Both the position numbers and the translations under genes were made by a program. A stretch of DNA of 64,000 bases. Source: Klebsormidium nitens. Lineage: Eukaryota > Plantae > Klebsormidiophyceae. Numbering within the stretch: the first letter of the stretch is position 1; each line of letters starts with the position of its first letter. The notes under the pieces were generated by a model. That model made no database searches. It was given only the letters and a program-made list of their open reading frames with translations, and was not told where the DNA came from. Below, piece after piece: positions 46,701 through 60,230 of the stretch. Where the stretch lies: assembly GCA_000708835.1 (NCBI GenBank), contig DF237067.1:62001-126000 (forward strand). Reading direction: 5' to 3'.

Positions 46701-49700
46701 TTGCATCCTGTGACAGCTGATGAGAACTTACACTGAGAGTATACCCTGTCTTGCTTGCAGCCTCTTGGTGTGATCTTCTACACGCTGTCTGGCGGACTCA
46801 AGGCCACTTTCCTGGCCAGCTACGTCCACAGTATTGTCAGTAAGTTCCGCCACAGTCCTTGAGCTCCTCGTGCGCCGATGCCGCTAATTCCGATATTCTC
46901 CAGCTCAGAAGTCTAGTCCATCTCTGGCTTTCGGGTTTGGCAACGATTCAAGCTGAGTCAAAAGACAGTAAAAATCTCGGCCTCTTCAACTTTACAACTT
47001 ACTGCAACACTGGCAAATAACTTACTGGTGCTCAACCTCAAGCTGCAGGCTAACGGGTGTCTCGTCCCCTCTATTGCAGTCCACATCGCGCTGATGATGT
47101 TCATCTGGATCGTGTATGCCACTGACTCCGACCTGGGCAGCCCGAAAGCGGTGTATCACGCGCTCAAGGCGGTCGCCAGCAAGGAACGCGTCTGCACCGG
47201 CATTCCCGACGGCCAAAAGTGCGGCCCAATCGCCGGCAACTACAAGGGCTCCTACGTCACCATGCTCTCCAATGGAGGCCTCGTGAGTGGCCAACAAAAA
47301 GAGAATAAGCAAGGCTTGGCTTGTGTCATTAAAGGACTTCCCTAACGTTGCTCAATTGGACCCATTCGAACGGACCAGTGAAGTCAGTCTCACGGTAGCG
47401 CTTTCTCTGTGGCTGCCGGATTCTGTGCACGAGGAGCCCTCCCTCGCATGGTTGGGGACCGTTGTATTACGTGCACTGGGCTTTACGTATTGTCTTGGTA
47501 ACATGATAATAATCATCTCGTGCAGATTTTCGGAGTCATCAACATTGTCGGCAACTTCGGAACGGTGTTCGTTGACAACGGCTACTGGCAGTCTGCCATC
47601 GCTGCGCGCCCCTCCTCTTCCCACAAGGGTTACCTGGTACGCTCGCCTCGACCTCTTTCATCCTTTTTCTTTATATCTCTTGCTATTCGGAGCTCTTCTT
47701 AGCGAGGCCTCCCTCATGCGCAAGCCTCTGTCTTGCACCATTTGACGAACTGGCTCCCTCTCTTTCTCGTAAGAACACCTACTCGACACCCGACTCTCCC
47801 CGCACTGAATGGTTGAGTATGTGGCTTAATACACCCCTGCATTGGAAGCCGTTTTTTGGGAGAACGGTGTTCCTGTGAATTTCTGACACGTGTTCCGTTT
47901 TCGTGTTTGCTGCAGCTGGGCGGTCTCGTCTGGTTCGCGGTGCCCTTCTCCCTGGCGTCCTCCCTGGGCCTCGCCGCTGTTGCGCTCGACCTCCCCCTCA
48001 CAAGCAGCGAAGCCGGCTCTGGCCTGGTGCCCCCCGCGGCGGCGACCCACATGCTGGGCAAGAGTGGGGCGGGCCTCTTGCTGGTTATGCTCTTCATGTG
48101 AGCCTCGCCGTTCCCTGCAACCGTCTGGGAGCATGACTGACGCTTCTGGTTGAAATGACTGACCAGTGGTTCACCATTGTACTCATCATACTACGTGATA
48201 TCGTAATCGTACAGCTAAGCCGACTACGTTTCAGCCTGTTTTCAACTGCTCTTACACGTCTTGGCTCCATTCTGTGCCGTCCGCTCCATGGATATCTCCA
48301 AGAGGAGCCGCCGAGTTGCCTCGAATCTTTCTCACTAGCCCCCATATTCTCTTCCGGACTGGCTCCGAGCTCGGCTGCCCTACCTCGAAGAAACGCAATC
48401 CGAACTTAATGGCTGTTTTTCCCCGTATCTTGCAGGGCTGTCACGTCTGCCGGCTCTGCAGAGTTGATTGCTGTCAGTTCTCTCATCACGTACGACATTT
48501 ACCGCACCTACATCAACCCCAAGGCCACCGGCAAGCAGATCCTGGCGTGCTCGCGCTACTGCGTCCTCGGCTTTGGGCTGTTCATGGGAGTGCTCGCCAT
48601 CGCGCTGCAAAAGGCCGGCGTCAGCCTCGGCTGGATGTGAGGCGCACTCCCTCAACCCCGCTCTGCCCCAGACTTTTTTTGGGGTACATCTGGTCGAGCG
48701 ACGGCCTCCTGCTCTCTTCTCGCCCTTAGTCGTCTGATCGTAGCCCTCGAGCTTTTATGTTTGTATCCGGACACACAACTTGCTCTCTGCTGCAAGCTTC
48801 CGAATTCACGACATGCGTGAGATTTTGTGCCCCGTGTGGAAGGGAGCATCAACGATCACTCACTTTGTGTGCCCTGTTTGGAAGTAGCAATGATGTGACT
48901 CGCTCGTCGCCCCCTTTCCAGGTACGAGGCCATGGGCTGCTTCATCGGGTCCGCCGTCATCCCGGTCGCCCTGCTGCTGCTGTGGAAGAAGGCCAACGCC
49001 ATCGGCGCTATGGCGGGCGCTATCATCGGCATGGTCGCCGGTATCATCACCTGGCTCGTCGTGGCCCAGGTCCGTACACGCTCCGCATCTCTTCGCAATT
49101 TCTTTGATTCTCTGTGATCTGTCTGTGACTCTCTTTGAGCTTCCGCAATCTTTCTGAGCTTCCCTGCTTGGTTACGCCTTGTAGCATGTTGACGATAATG
49201 CTGGCGTAAAATTCCGGCCAATTGTGACAATGTCCAAAGCACTCGTCAATTAGCTTACTTTGGAAGCAAGAGACGGGCTACACTGTGCCTCCGCGATCTG
49301 CCTCTTGTGCTGACGTGATCTGTGCGTCGTTTCTCCCCAGGTGCACAACGGCACGCTGGACCTGTACACGACCGGCAAGGACGGCCCCATGCTGTCCGGC
49401 AACCTGGTGGCCATCCTGTCGGGCGGCATCATCCACATCGGATGCAGCCTCGTCTGGCCCGAGGTGCGCCCCAAACCCACCCCGCTCTAGATCTCTTCCC
49501 CCGCACTGCCGCCTGCCTGCGACGCCTACTGCTGCTGTCTTAATGAACGCTGCGCCATATCTTGGAGACGGCCGCAGCCATTCTGGCGCCAGTTTCCCCT
49601 TCCTCGCTCGCGCTCGCGTTACCGCAGTGCTGAATTTCATGTGTTTATCCTCTCTCTGCTGCCAGGACTTCGACTTCGAGGCGACCAAGGCGATCAGCAT

Positions 49701-50832
49701 GGTGGAGAACGACTCCCCGGACCTGCCCGAGGACGAGTACGACCCGGCGCGGCTGAACCACGCCAAGTGGTGGATCATCAAGTGGGGCTGCCTCTTCACG
49801 TTCATCATGCTCATCCTGTGGCCCATCGCCACGCTGCCCGCGCGCGAGTTCAACCTCGGCTACTTCACCTTCTGGGGTGAGCATGAACCCCTTCTTTCTG
49901 CCGAGGTGCTGCCCTCAAGCGGGAGTCCGATTTATGCGAGATTGATCAGGAGTCCGATATGCGAGATTTGGTTGGGAACCCGATTCTGCGAGATTGGTTG
50001 GGAACCCGATTATGCGAGATGGATTGGGAGTCCAGAGTATGCGGGATTGACTGGGAGTTCAATTTATGCGCGAGAATTCGACAAGGCAACGGTTCCTTCA
50101 AAGCGAGGGTCAAGTTGATGGCTGCGCTTGGTCTGACCTTACCCTTCGCGTCTAACCCGTCCTGTTTGTGCGACGCCCTTTTAAAACCCCCGTCGGTCCG
50201 CTTGCTTTGCAGTGGTGATCGTGCTTGCATGGGGCACCATCGCATCCATTGTGATCATCGTGATGCCGCTGTGGGAGTCGTGGGCGGGCATCAGCATCGT
50301 GCTCACCGGCCTCTTCACCTCCGACATCATGTACAAGAAGATCGAGGTCAGCACCCCCGCGCGCAGACCGTAAACCAGCCCGCACCCTCGCGCGATCGTC
50401 CAGTCAATAAGGATTGCACAAACTCTTGCGGATTCCTATCAAACAGTGCTTTTGGGGTCGGCAATATTGCTTCTTTGAATTATTTGGTTTTGAAGAAGTC
50501 AAAAGAGCATGGGGTCAAAAAGAGGATGGGGGCCGCCGACAGTTGGCTTTAACGTCTTCTATAAGAAGAACCGAAGGTTTTATCCAACTCCGCTTAACTT
50601 TGTTCCTACAAGCCGAGTATCCACCTTTGTCTAACAAATAGCTACCTTGTCTTACTACTGTGATTTGAGCCTTGTGTGGACACTGGAGACCCAGGTGAAC
50701 TAACGTGATTTTGGTGCTGCCCCACAGAATCTGGATGCCAAGATCGACGCCATCCTGCGGTCCAACCCCGAGTACGAGAAGGCCTACACGCACGTCAAGG
50801 CCAAGGAGATGTCGCCGCCGCCCAAGGATTAG
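43783..50832 (+). CDS. DUR3: DUR3 urea/H+ symporter, copy 2; appears intact
   Basis: All exons are in order with phase-consistent GT-AG junctions, from [14 protein letters not shown] to EMSPPPKD*. Includes [37 protein letters not shown], a 5-nt micro-exon at 45967-45971, [16 protein letters not shown] and [12 protein letters not shown]. Confidence 0.95.
49921..50078. repeat. Intronic minisatellite, about 6 copies of a 25-28 bp unit
   Basis: Units resemble GGGA(G/A)(T/C)CCGATTATGCGAGATTGGTT, head to tail with no spacers. Absent from the equivalent intron of DUR3 copy 1. Confidence 0.85.
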
Positions 50833-52250
50833 GCGGAGCGCAGCGGCGCGGAAAAGTCGGTATCAGGGGTTGTGTTCTGAGAACTCACAGGGTACTCGAG
50901 ACGCGGAAGAGGGGTGCCTCGTTACATTACTAATAGTGTCCCGTAGGTGGTCGTGCATCAGGTACGTAACTTAATCCCAGAGAAACGACGACGCAGTCTT
51001 GGTTCCTCAGCGGGAAGCGTTGCCGAGCTCGTGGTAGCAGCTGTCGAGCGGGGGTATTAAAGCACGTACAGGGTCCCAAAACAGTCACGAGTAGCTGTAA
51101 TGGCTAGCGAAATAAGGAGGCTAAGGCAGATTCAACAGCAGGCTGATGCGGAAAGAGCCCACCTCCACGTGAATCTCGTAAGAGAGACGTTCTGGGTCCG
51201 CCGATGGTTTCCCGGCAGCGCTGTCTATCGCTTACATGGAAAACGGAAGCCGTGGGTAGAGCCAAGCAACTAGCACTGGCTAAAGAACTTAGCGTCACGT
51301 GTAAGGCCGAAGCTCGACTAAAGCAAATTAGGTTCGAGGGTTGTCCTAACACAACTGTCATTTCATAAGATCGTGGAAAAGGATTTGCTGTCGTTCAGTA
51401 CCTGTCATATCATGTCATTGGATCATTATGCCTGCGCATGTGCACTCGCTTATCATTCGCAAGATTACAACGTCGAGATTCCTTCTAACGTGAAATTTAC
51501 ATGGCACCGATAATTGCAAGCATGCAGATATGTGAATCTTGTATGGAGACCCCCAAGAGTGTGCCCTAACAATGTATGCGAAGTTGCACGTCATAGTGAC
51601 CGTCAAACTGTCGGACAGTTGGCTTTTGCTCGAGACAATTGCACCTGCCGCAATGAATCGTTGTGAGGTTCGGGCAGACAATGCAGAATACGATGTGATT
51701 ATAGAATGACATGCGACCGAGTGTATACATGCTTCAGAAGAAAGTCGGATCGGTAGATGATCAACTGAGTGACTCAAGTCAACAATCTACATGTTGTTTT
51801 CAAGCTGCAGAGGCAGTGCACGGGCCGCCCAAGGCTAGATCTATATGTCGAACTCACCGGCTGATCCTCGATTGCTTGCATTAAGTTGCAGTACGGCTGC
51901 GCTCACATGCAATCGAGCTATGCTAAGTATGCAGCTATCAACGTACACCAAGCTAAGAACTTAGCTGCGTGATTGATGTCGGCCAGCTCCGTGCATCTCT
52001 GACTCCACTAGTGCATTCTGCGGCTCCTTCCACATAATCGTCGATGTAAATCACAGCACGTGCACTTGCAGCCCGTGCATGCGTGGACCCCTCAATTGCG
52101 TGCATGAAAGGACCCCTGATATCCCTTGAAAATGTGCTGGGGATCAATTAAGCGCATGGTTCTCTCATCGCCTCACGGTGGGGTCTGAAACTATTATCCA
52201 CTTTTATAGTCGATCTCCACGACGCGCTTCGTTCCAAGAGAAGCCCACCA

Positions 52251-55200
52251 CTAGCTTGCGTCTGGGTCGTCGGCAATGTCATCCAGCGTGCCCTTCTCGC
52301 AGCGCTCGTGGGTGCGGTGCAGATCAATGGCGGCCAGCGCCTGGTTGCGCGTGTTGCCCGCGGCGTTGCTCTTGTACACGGCCGCGCTCACCGCCAGCTG
52401 CAGCTGCGCAATTACCTCCGGATGCACGCGGCCCCGCGCCAGTGCAGTCGCCTGGAAACATAGCGAAAAGAAAAGATATGCTCTCCGCACGCAGGAGTCA
52501 AGGCCGCCACAAGGGATGTATGATACTGGTGCACTGTTGCTGCAGTTAGAGGCTCGTCCTGAGAGTTGAGTGTTAAGTACAGCAGAACGAGTCGCTACTA
52601 ACGGTACACATTTGCTAAACCGATGCCAGTCAAGAGCCTACAATGGGGATCTTGTGCCAGAGACGTTGTGGGACTCTTGCGCGGAGCTGCGAATTGAACT
52701 GCTTCCAAGTACGAGCGCCGAGCCCAACGTTCAGGCCAGGCAAGTTGGCACGTTTCAATCTCAAGTAGTCCACTGCTGAGGACAGTGCCAGCGCCGGGCG
52801 CGGGGCTGCCTGACCTTCTCGATGCGTGACACGATTGGGCCGCCGTTGTTAGTGGGCATGTGCTTGATCGAGCTCAGCATGCGCACCCACTCCGGCGAGT
52901 CCGCATCGTCAGCGTGCTCGCGCTCTGCGTCCTCCTGCATCACCGCACGTGCAGCGGGCGTCATTGAACGTCACCGTGCATCAAGCCGTCGTCTTATGTA
53001 CCCCGAGTTTATCGAAGCAGTAGCAAAATCCGACGGACTCAAGGCAGGCCGGAGCCGGTCCCAATGAGAGGAGGCACAATGCCGCATATTCTCGTGTGCG
53101 ATTCTGATGAAAATAGAATGGTGCACGCCGATGTCAAGTCGACAAATCTGTGGCTTGCCCGACGAACCATGCCCGAAGCAGGCGAGGATCCCCTTACAAA
53201 ATCAACAACCGGGCCGTCACCGCACGGCATAGGTGCTCTTTCAAGACTTCGAGATCTTCTTGAAGATGCATGTTGCCTCGCTGAACGATGATCCTACCAC
53301 GAGGATCCCCACCCGCCCAGCTGAACGGGTGAGAATGTGAATTGAACAAAAACGCTTTGCCAATATAACGGCGGAGGCATCATCATGGCCTTTTGCATGA
53401 GAAACAGTTTGCCATGACGGCTGTGCTCGCCCAAATCGCTTTCGCCAAGACATGAGCGGCTCATGCAGGAGCCCCACTGTAAGACGGTCTGGCTGCCCAA
53501 GTTCAATGAAGATCGCGTCTGCCGGCCCACACGGGACCTCCGCTCACCTCGCGTTTCCTGCGGTCCCTCTCCCGCCTCTCCCGCTGCCGCTCCATCTCGA
53601 CCCGCTTCGCCTCGTCTCGTTCTCTTTGCCGCTGCCGCCTCTTCCGCTCACTTGCGGCCGTCGGGCTCTCGCTCGCCGCACCCCTCCCCCCCGCCTCGCT
53701 CTGGTTATCCCCTCGCAGCGCTCGGCACCTGTCACACACGATGCGCTGCATGCCGCCCGCCTTGTCTGGCGATTGAGGGTCCAGGTGTCCCTGCCTGTGC
53801 TGCTCGCAGTACGAATTGGAACACGTGGCGCACTCTGATTGAACGGGCTCCGAGCAGCGGTCGCTGGCGCAGGCGTGGCGGGGGCAGCACCAGAAAGAGT
53901 CCTCAGAAGTCGGGGCCTGGGAAGGAAAATATGAAAATTCAAGCGGGCAGAAGTGCACCGAAGCACACGGAGAAAGGACAACTCCGACAAAGTCAATTGG
54001 TCGACTTTCATGTCGCGAAAAAATGAAAGCTTGCGCCCTTCTTGTAACGATCCCGTCCGTTGATGGCTTTACTCCCTCGATCACGTTCAATCCAGCTTAA
54101 GCACGCCAGCTTATAGGGCGAAACCTACTCGACCTACACATCGATGCACACCCCTCATTTCCGTAAGCTTGAATATTGTCCTGCTTCGTGCACTTTGAAA
54201 AAAAGCAATCGACTGCCAGCTTCTTAAAAGGACCCCCTCGTCAAAGGTTGACTGCCAGTCTCCTCTCCAAAAGGCTGCCACGCAATTGCTCACCCGCGTC
54301 CCCAGGCATGCCACGTGGTATGCCTTCCAGCAGGGTGCTCCCCCCTCCCGATGCCCCTCTTGGCAGCACAGCAGGTCCCCCCCGTCCTTGCACAGAAAGC
54401 AGCGCTCCTCCCAGTCTTTCCGCGCCGCCGCCTGCTCCTCAATCGCCGCCAGGAGCCGCTCGTACTGCAGGTGATACGCGCGCAGCACAGCAGCGGGGTC
54501 CCGCGCTGCCAGGGCCGCCTGCATCAGTGCATGCTCCCTGCAGGAGCGGAAGCGGTAACGTATCTCCCTCCATTCTAGTCTGCCTCCCTTCGCTTCTCCG
54601 ATGCTCAGGACCGCACTCTTGATGGCCCAGATAGGGGAGGACGAAAGACCGGGAGAGCCGACAAGAACTTTCGACGAGAGAATGCCGACCTCAAATTGTC
54701 AAAGTCGGTGACGATTCTGGGTCCGCCGACAGAGAAACCAAGCAACAATGTAACGACTTCCCTAGGTGGCTCTTGCATAGAATCTTTCAAAAATTGATGG
54801 GTCAAATGCATGATTCTTCAAGACTTCGACACAATCCTTGCTGCGATCCAACTCAACTGCCGGCTCCGCTCTCTTGTTTGCCTCACCTGGCCAGCGCCTC
54901 TTCGTTGGTCTCCTCCTCCACCTCCTCCCTCGGCTCGTCGTCCTCTGAATCATCCCCACCTGTATCCCCCGCACCTCCTTTCAGCCCCTCTCCCGCTGCG
55001 CTGCCCGGCCGGATCTGCGAAGAAGCCAAATCTTGGTTGAAAACTAACCGCACAAAGCTAGGACTGTGCGTAAGTGGACGACATGTAAGTGGATGCATGG
55101 GCGTCCTTCTGAGACGCGTGCTTGCCCCATCAACTTCAACGGCACTGTCACTGATTTAAAGAGCGGCTTGACAGCGAGATCTGGAGAAGAGGCGCACAAG

Positions 55201-56724
55201 TACGGACCTGTGCCGATTTGTGGAGCTCAGGGGGCGGGGACAGCTCCCGTCCCTTCCAGCCGTACTTGTAGTAGCGCGGGCGCAGCTTGCTGTGCCAGAA
55301 GCTCTTGACCATCTTGCCAGTCCTGGCAGAGGCGGCAGGGGGAGGGTGTCAGGGGACAGGCAGAGTTTCAGGGACATGGAAGAGATGGTGGAAAGGTGAA
55401 GGGCCAGAGGGGACGCTGTAGAGGGGTTGCCGAGAAGCAGGTCAACCCGTCCGTTATTGCGATGGCTAAAGAGTTGGTGGACGCCAAGTATGACGATGGG
55501 GGAAGCAGATCCAAGTGGATGGTTGCTTTGGGAAAACAAGTCCAGGCCGCAATCGGCACCCTCTGTCAAACAGCCACGCTGGACTCATTCTCTTGTCAGC
55601 GACACCCACAAGGTTCCTGCTATGACGTCAGTCATTGTCGACCTTGCCAACGGGACAAACGCTGCCACAGCGCCCTGTTCCAAACGCGTTTCACAACACA
55701 CCATTCTAATAGACTGAGTTGGCCCCAGTCAAGACAAGATTCTCAGATGCAACAGTTTAAAGCACAAACAGAGCTTTCTCGAACCATAGAGTACCCACAG
55801 TGTCACCCCAGCCTCACCGTCCCGGCAGGAACTTGGCGACGTCGGTCCAGCAGTTGCCGAGGATGTAGCGGCCCACGAGCACCAGCATGGCCTCCTCCTC
55901 CGAGAAGGGCATGCTCTGCAGGTCCACGTGCTCCCACTGCGCCGCGCGCTGGATCAGCTGCGCAGACAGCTGCTCCTTCCACCCCCCCGCGCTGGAGCCT
56001 GAAGAGAGATCAAAACAACGGCTTGAGAGAGCACTATTATGTCTGCCTTGATTGACTTGATTGCAGAGGGGGATTGCGCCAAGCCATGCTTGGCTGCAGT
56101 TGTCAGATGGTAGCCTTCTAGATTGAGCCAGAAACATTTTCAACACCAGTTGGGGGCCAAGTTGATCTGCAGGCGACACAAAAAGACTTCAGGGAGTGGC
56201 TTGCACTTTTCCCGCTCACCACCATAGTGCGACTTTGCTTTCTCAATGAAAGTGACAGCTTCCACCGCCGGCTTCAGGTCACTGGGCTTTCCAGTGACCG
56301 GCGGGCTTCTGAAGCCCGACCCCGCCCGCTGCAAAGGTCTGCCGGCAGGGGACTGGGACAGAACTCGCGACCGCACTGACTCTGGCGGTTCTGTGAGAAG
56401 CTTGACGCCCGCCGAATCCTTGTTGACCTTGGCTGACGCCACCCTTTCAAACACCGCCGCATTCTTCCCAGCCTGGGGCAGGGAAGTGTGATCTTCAGAT
56501 TGGAAGATGGGAGTTCCTGACGGGAGCAGCAGGCTCGCTGGCACGGGCTGTGGCTCGTAGAGAAAGCTCCCGTAGTAGGCGGTCCCTGCATCCTGGTGCT
56601 GGCGCAGCTCGTCCAGCAAGTGGTTGTAGAAGAGCGGGTCAATCAGATCAGAGGCGCCGCGCTTCAACTTGCTCTTTGCAATTGGGCGGGAAGCGCTGGG
56701 AGGAAGCGGAGACGCCGCCGCCAT
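52251..56724 (-). CDS. Multi-exon nuclear protein with a single Myb/SANT repeat, a PHD finger plus C5HCH-like zinc finger, and a charged coiled coil
   Basis: Spliced Myb repeat PFSEEEAMLVLVGRYILGNCWTDVAKFLPGR|TGKMVKSFWHSKLR; PHD CFLCKDGGDLLCCQ...CWKAYHVACLG; next exon WCCPRHAC...C...CATCSNSYCEQH; then an R/E-rich stretch. Some exon limits are approximate. Confidence 0.78.
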
Positions 56725-57117
56725 CTTGAAAGGTGATCCTCCTTACTGCATTGATTGGCCTTCGAAAGGCGCCTCCAGGCAGCTATTAGTGTTTCAACTT
56801 TCTAACCACGTTGTTGTCCAACTTTCATTTCTTTTGGTGAATGGGAAGCGGTCAGCCCTCAGGCCCCAGGGCGATCCTCTTGGGTTATGGGCCGGGTTAG
56901 CCATGGCTGGATCCAAATAGTGGTTCTCATCACGCGTTCAGCTCGCTAACCCGGGGTTAAGGAGATTGTTCCAGGACCCCAGCACACCACAAATTCAATC
57001 ACAAGGAAATGATGCCCAGGACTATCCCAATGATGGGTGGAGGACATAGAAACTGAAGGGGAAGGCAAGGGGCGAGGGCGCAACTTGTTGGAAGGCTATT
57101 CGGCTGAAAAGCGCCCA
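56725..57117. promoter_or_regulatory. Probable bidirectional promoter
   Basis: About 390 bp between the divergent ATGs at 56724 (minus) and 57118 (plus). Confidence 0.45.
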
Positions 57118-59066
57118 ATGGCTCTTCTTTCCTGCAACGCTGCATGCTGTGCAGGACCTCGCTGTTTAGCGACGGGAGCTACGGCACAACCCACAAAGAA
57201 GCGGCTCCAGATAGTCGGTGTTGATCTGCTGCATCGAACAAGATTGAGAGAGGGCGTACCTCCAATCTTCAGTCTCACATTCCATCATTCTGTGTTTCCA
57301 TCAAGCATAACACGCCATTTTCAGCAGAGTAGTAGCTCGGCGCCCTCACATCAGGCGAGGCGGGGGTTTTCTTGTAGAGCTGCAGGGAATGGAACCGAGA
57401 GAAGACCGGAATACAGGTCAGTGGAGTCCTCAATCAGATTGGCGCGAGTGACAGAGCTGACCACTGAAACTTTGAAATGAAAGCTGGACAATGTGGCGCC
57501 CGCTTCCTACATTGATTTGATTGTTTGCATGATGCATCAAAGTGCACAACCTTCTCTTGGCAGCAGTGAACCGCGCCTTACACCATCTGAGAATGGGATA
57601 CTGTCTACGTAAGCCGTCTAATATAGACAATTCTTAACATGTTCACGGGGTTGAATGATGCTTACATTCAAAAGTGGTTTGATCGTCTCACTTTACTTTG
57701 TGCTTTTTGCAGCAAAGATGCTCGGGCACGAGCAGAGGTTCTTTCCCCCTTTCGAACAGTCCGGCAGTTCTTCTATATAGCATTTATGGCCTCTGGGGGT
57801 TTAGGGACTTTGATCACATTGAGCAAGGTCGCAGCAAGTCTTAGTGGGATTGACAACGGGGTCCCGCTTGAGTCCATGTTGAAAGACCTGGGCATTGATA
57901 TCGCCGCGGTTGCCGTCTTCGCTTTCCTGTATTCTCAGGATGCAAAGGCCAAGAACGCCCAGCTAGCGCGTTTAGGGCGGGAGGAGAGTCTGGGCAACCT
58001 CAGACTTGAGTTGACAAACAAACAGACCGTGACCGCGAGTAGTCTACGAGGGAGGGCCCGCCTGATCATTGTGGCGGGTCCTCCGGGCCACATAGAAGCA
58101 GTGCTTGAATCAGCCAAGCCGTTCAAAGATCGGTTAGTCGAAAGGGGCTGCTTGGTTGTGCCGCTAGTGACGGAAGAAGCCAAGGGGGCCAAGTCCAGCG
58201 AGGCGGCTGCGTCATCCGAGGGGGCCTTAACAGAGTCGTCCAGCCCGTCGCCGCCTGCCGAGTACAAGGTCAACATCGAGACAGAGCGGCGGTGGAAGGC
58301 TGCACCGCTCTACACAAACGAATGGAGAAAGTGAGACCAAACTCATTCGGCCGCTGTCATGTCAGTGTGCTATTGTATAGTTGCCACGCGCTTCTTTCCA
58401 AACGCGATGACTAGTCATCTCGGCCATCAAGAATCAACTTCTCCATCTGCATATGTATCACTCTCTTTCTGTCCACTACTGTGAGAATTTCTGAGGTAAG
58501 CGAAAGTGGTATATGTTGTCGTCCAATTCGATATGCAGGACTGCAACCTGGCAGTTCCTCTGGCGGTTTAAGCAGCACTTCTGGTGATGCGTTTGGGACC
58601 TTACAGACCTTGCTGTGTTCTTTCCAGGTGGCTCGAACAACAAATGGAACTGGCGAAAGTTGGTATGGGCACCCCCGTGTAAGTTCTTCTGGCTCGTTTT
58701 CTTATTTTTGCGTTGTGCTCTTACCTTGAACGAGCCAGTCTCTCTTCAGCTGAACATGTCTAAAAACGGTGGACTAGCAGAGTGCCTCTGAGATAACTTG
58801 CTGTTTGGTGTCCTGCGAACATCGGCTGTCCTTCGAAGACTCCCATGCACGATCTGGTTTCGGCAGGTATATTCCACTTCCACTTCTATTGGCTATCCTG
58901 TGAAGATTCTCATCCACGTTCTGGCTCCTGCAGATACATTTCACTTCGTTTAGATGGTCGGGTGAGGGCCTCCGGCCTTGGCATCCCTCCCTGGCCAATC
59001 ATTGTCGCCCAGCTTGGTCCGATGACAGGAAGCTCCTTCATGGATGGATTCGATGGAGCCGTTTAG
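57118..59066 (+). CDS. LPA1-like (DUF3493) chloroplast protein, 4 exons
   Basis: Transit-peptide-like exon 1, then DARARAEVLSPFRTVRQFFYIAF...NAQLARLGREESL...LRGRARLIIVAGP...RWKAAPLYTNEWRK|WLEQQMELAKV...PV|YISLRLDGRVRASGLGIPPW...FMDGFDGAV*. This resembles the plant LPA1 paralogue from memory; no search was run. Confidence 0.88.
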
Positions 59067-60230
59067 AATAGTAAGCGGTTGTTGAGGACTCCGAGCAGCC
59101 TTTGTTTTCCGCGTTGTTGCATTTCTGCTTCGAGAACAAGCCGCACCGGCAGTCTACATACAGGCGCGGCCGCTGATGATTTGAAGCCGTTAAACAATCT
59201 TTTCGATGAAAGCGTTTGCCAACGCATCATCATGCAGTATATTAACGTGACCGCACTGCACGCCTTGCACCCTGGGTTCTCGTGTCCGCTGGGCCCGGAC
59301 GACTCATAAGCAGCTAGTTGGCTTGATTATCGCGCGGCGAGCTTAGAAGTGGCCCAATCTGTGTCATCTCTTGACAAGACTCAAAGCTGCTGCAAGTCCT
59401 TTAATGCACCAACACGGCTTCTAGAATTGTCTGTTATATGGTCTTCAGTCGTGAACTATCTTTAAGATAGCTCAAGATAGCTGACGTGCTAGCATGGTTG
59501 ATTCACCTAGCTCTCTAGGCTTAAATCCGACCCGGCACGTTTCTTGAGTTGTGTGTATATAAACCCATCAATGGAAATGATACCGCGTAGATTATAACGC
59601 ATCAATCAAGGCATGCGGCCCACTGGCTCGTGCAGCGTACATCAACATATGCACATGCTATATGGGCGGCTCGGCCATGCGCCTGCATGGCATGATATGT
59701 ATATGCATGATTGGACAAGTGACGATTTTATTATCGACCAGTCCTGCTTGATTAAGTATGGGGATTAGCATCAGGATCCTTCTGGACATCCGAAACAAAG
59801 ATTCATTTGAGGACCAACAAGCTAGAGACGCAGGCAGGCAATGCGTAGTGTAGCCCGGTCATACTGCTCTTAGTAGGAAAACGAAAACGAATTCTATTTA
59901 GAACGTACAGGGAACCACTACTAGATAGCTTAGGATGGATAAGTATGTGTGAAAGGTTCCAAAAATGAACGTCCGTTGGCATATTTTTACAGTATGTACA
60001 CAGGGCAACTGCTTAATCCTGCTAGTGTGCAGCATATGGGTTACTAATCTAATTGCACAGAGCAGCACCTCCTTTTAAGTCGACCGCTTGTTTCAAGCGA
60101 TATATGTCCCAACGCTCGAATCGGCAATCGTTTTCGTATGTCCCCTGAAAGATTTGATAGAGATCAAACGCAGGATATGTTGCCTTTCAGCTTTCTATAT
60201 GTACAGTATCTGCACAAAACTACGGCGATC

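Noticed and set aside
49921-50078. CRISPR-like array
   Set aside because: The units are adjacent with no unique spacers, inside a eukaryotic intron, and there are no cas genes.
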